Positions 32,248 through 32,409 of a stretch of DNA of 32,409 nucleotides are shown in pieces. Each line of letters opens with the position of its first letter. Position 1 is the first letter of the stretch. The notes under the pieces are model-generated. The model was not told where the DNA came from, did not search any database, and worked only from the letters and a program-made list of their open reading frames with translations. Where the stretch lies: assembly GCA_041484865.1 (NCBI GenBank), contig JBGPIJ010000002.1, forward strand, positions 1 through 32,409. Reading direction: 5' to 3'. This DNA comes from Gemmatimonadota bacterium. Its GTDB lineage: Bacteria > Gemmatimonadota > Gemmatimonadetes > Gemmatimonadales > GWC2-71-9. Made by a program: the position numbers and the translations under genes.

Positions 32248-32409
32248 GGGCGCCTGCGCTCCTCTTGGTCCTCGGTATGCTCGGATGTGACGGCGTCTCT
32301 CGGCGCGGAGACACGACCGGCGTGCAGACGCTCGGGCGCTGGGAGTGGCACGGGCGGCTCGTGTTCGAGCCCGATGCTCGGGTGACGTTGATGCGACTGC
32401 GCATCGACA
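32244..32409 (+). CDS. Lipoprotein, 5' part (runs off the window end)
   Basis: The ATG 32244 frame stays open to the window end. MRAPALLLVLGMLGC is a canonical lipoprotein signal. Absent from the ORF track because there is no stop in the window. Confidence 0.6.
   Translation, partial: MRAPALLLVLGMLGCDGVSRRGDTTGVQTLGRWEWHGRLVFEPDARVTLMRLRID

Noticed and set aside
1-32409. CRISPR arrays, IS elements, integrases, prophage or defence-island genes
   Set aside because: No repeat-spacer periodicity, no terminal inverted repeats with target duplications, and no transposase, recombinase, nuclease or ATPase motifs in any credible frame. The only repeats are the paralogous lipoprotein genes, terminator stems and short operator-like repeats.

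Overview
High-GC (about 67-68%), densely packed bacterial chromosomal segment. The gene content (many lipoproteins and outer-membrane barrels, TPR fusions, frequent 4-nt start/stop overlaps) resembles Gemmatimonadota or Acidobacteriota, but that taxon guess is an unverified inference. I support about 40 CDS. There are no rRNA or tRNA genes, no CRISPR array, and no transposase, integrase or recognisable defence gene. Modules, in order: (1) a secreted or lipoprotein cluster with CHRD, YceI-like and two paralogous lipoproteins. (2) A periplasmic redox island: a diheme cytochrome c, an octaheme-cytochrome/TPR fusion, a small OM barrel and a lipoprotein on the minus strand. These are divergent from a PQQ-dependent alcohol/methanol-family dehydrogenase carrying the Asp-x-Asp lanthanide signature, a GTGA-coupled blue-copper protein and a porin. 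(3) infA plus small genes. (4) A Leu/Ile/Val-type binding protein translationally coupled to an MCP. (5) A Ser/Thr kinase. (6) A cold-shock gene with a long leader. (7) A roughly 600-nt ORF-free gap with a promoter-like element and a strong plus-strand intrinsic terminator, a candidate unclassified structured RNA. (8) kup and a LemA/M48 peptidase pair preceded by three regulators (AraC-like with pseudo-receiver, CheY-like, MerR-like). (9) A small secreted Cys-peptide gene next to tandem 13-bp repeats and a TPR protein. (10) An orphan pseudopilin, an SDR, an HD-GYP response regulator and an MqnA/MqnD-family gene. The most interesting items are the candidate RNA locus, the quinoprotein/cupredoxin/multiheme island, and the regulator/peptide/TPR locus. 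All functional calls rest on motif recognition by eye; no database search was run.
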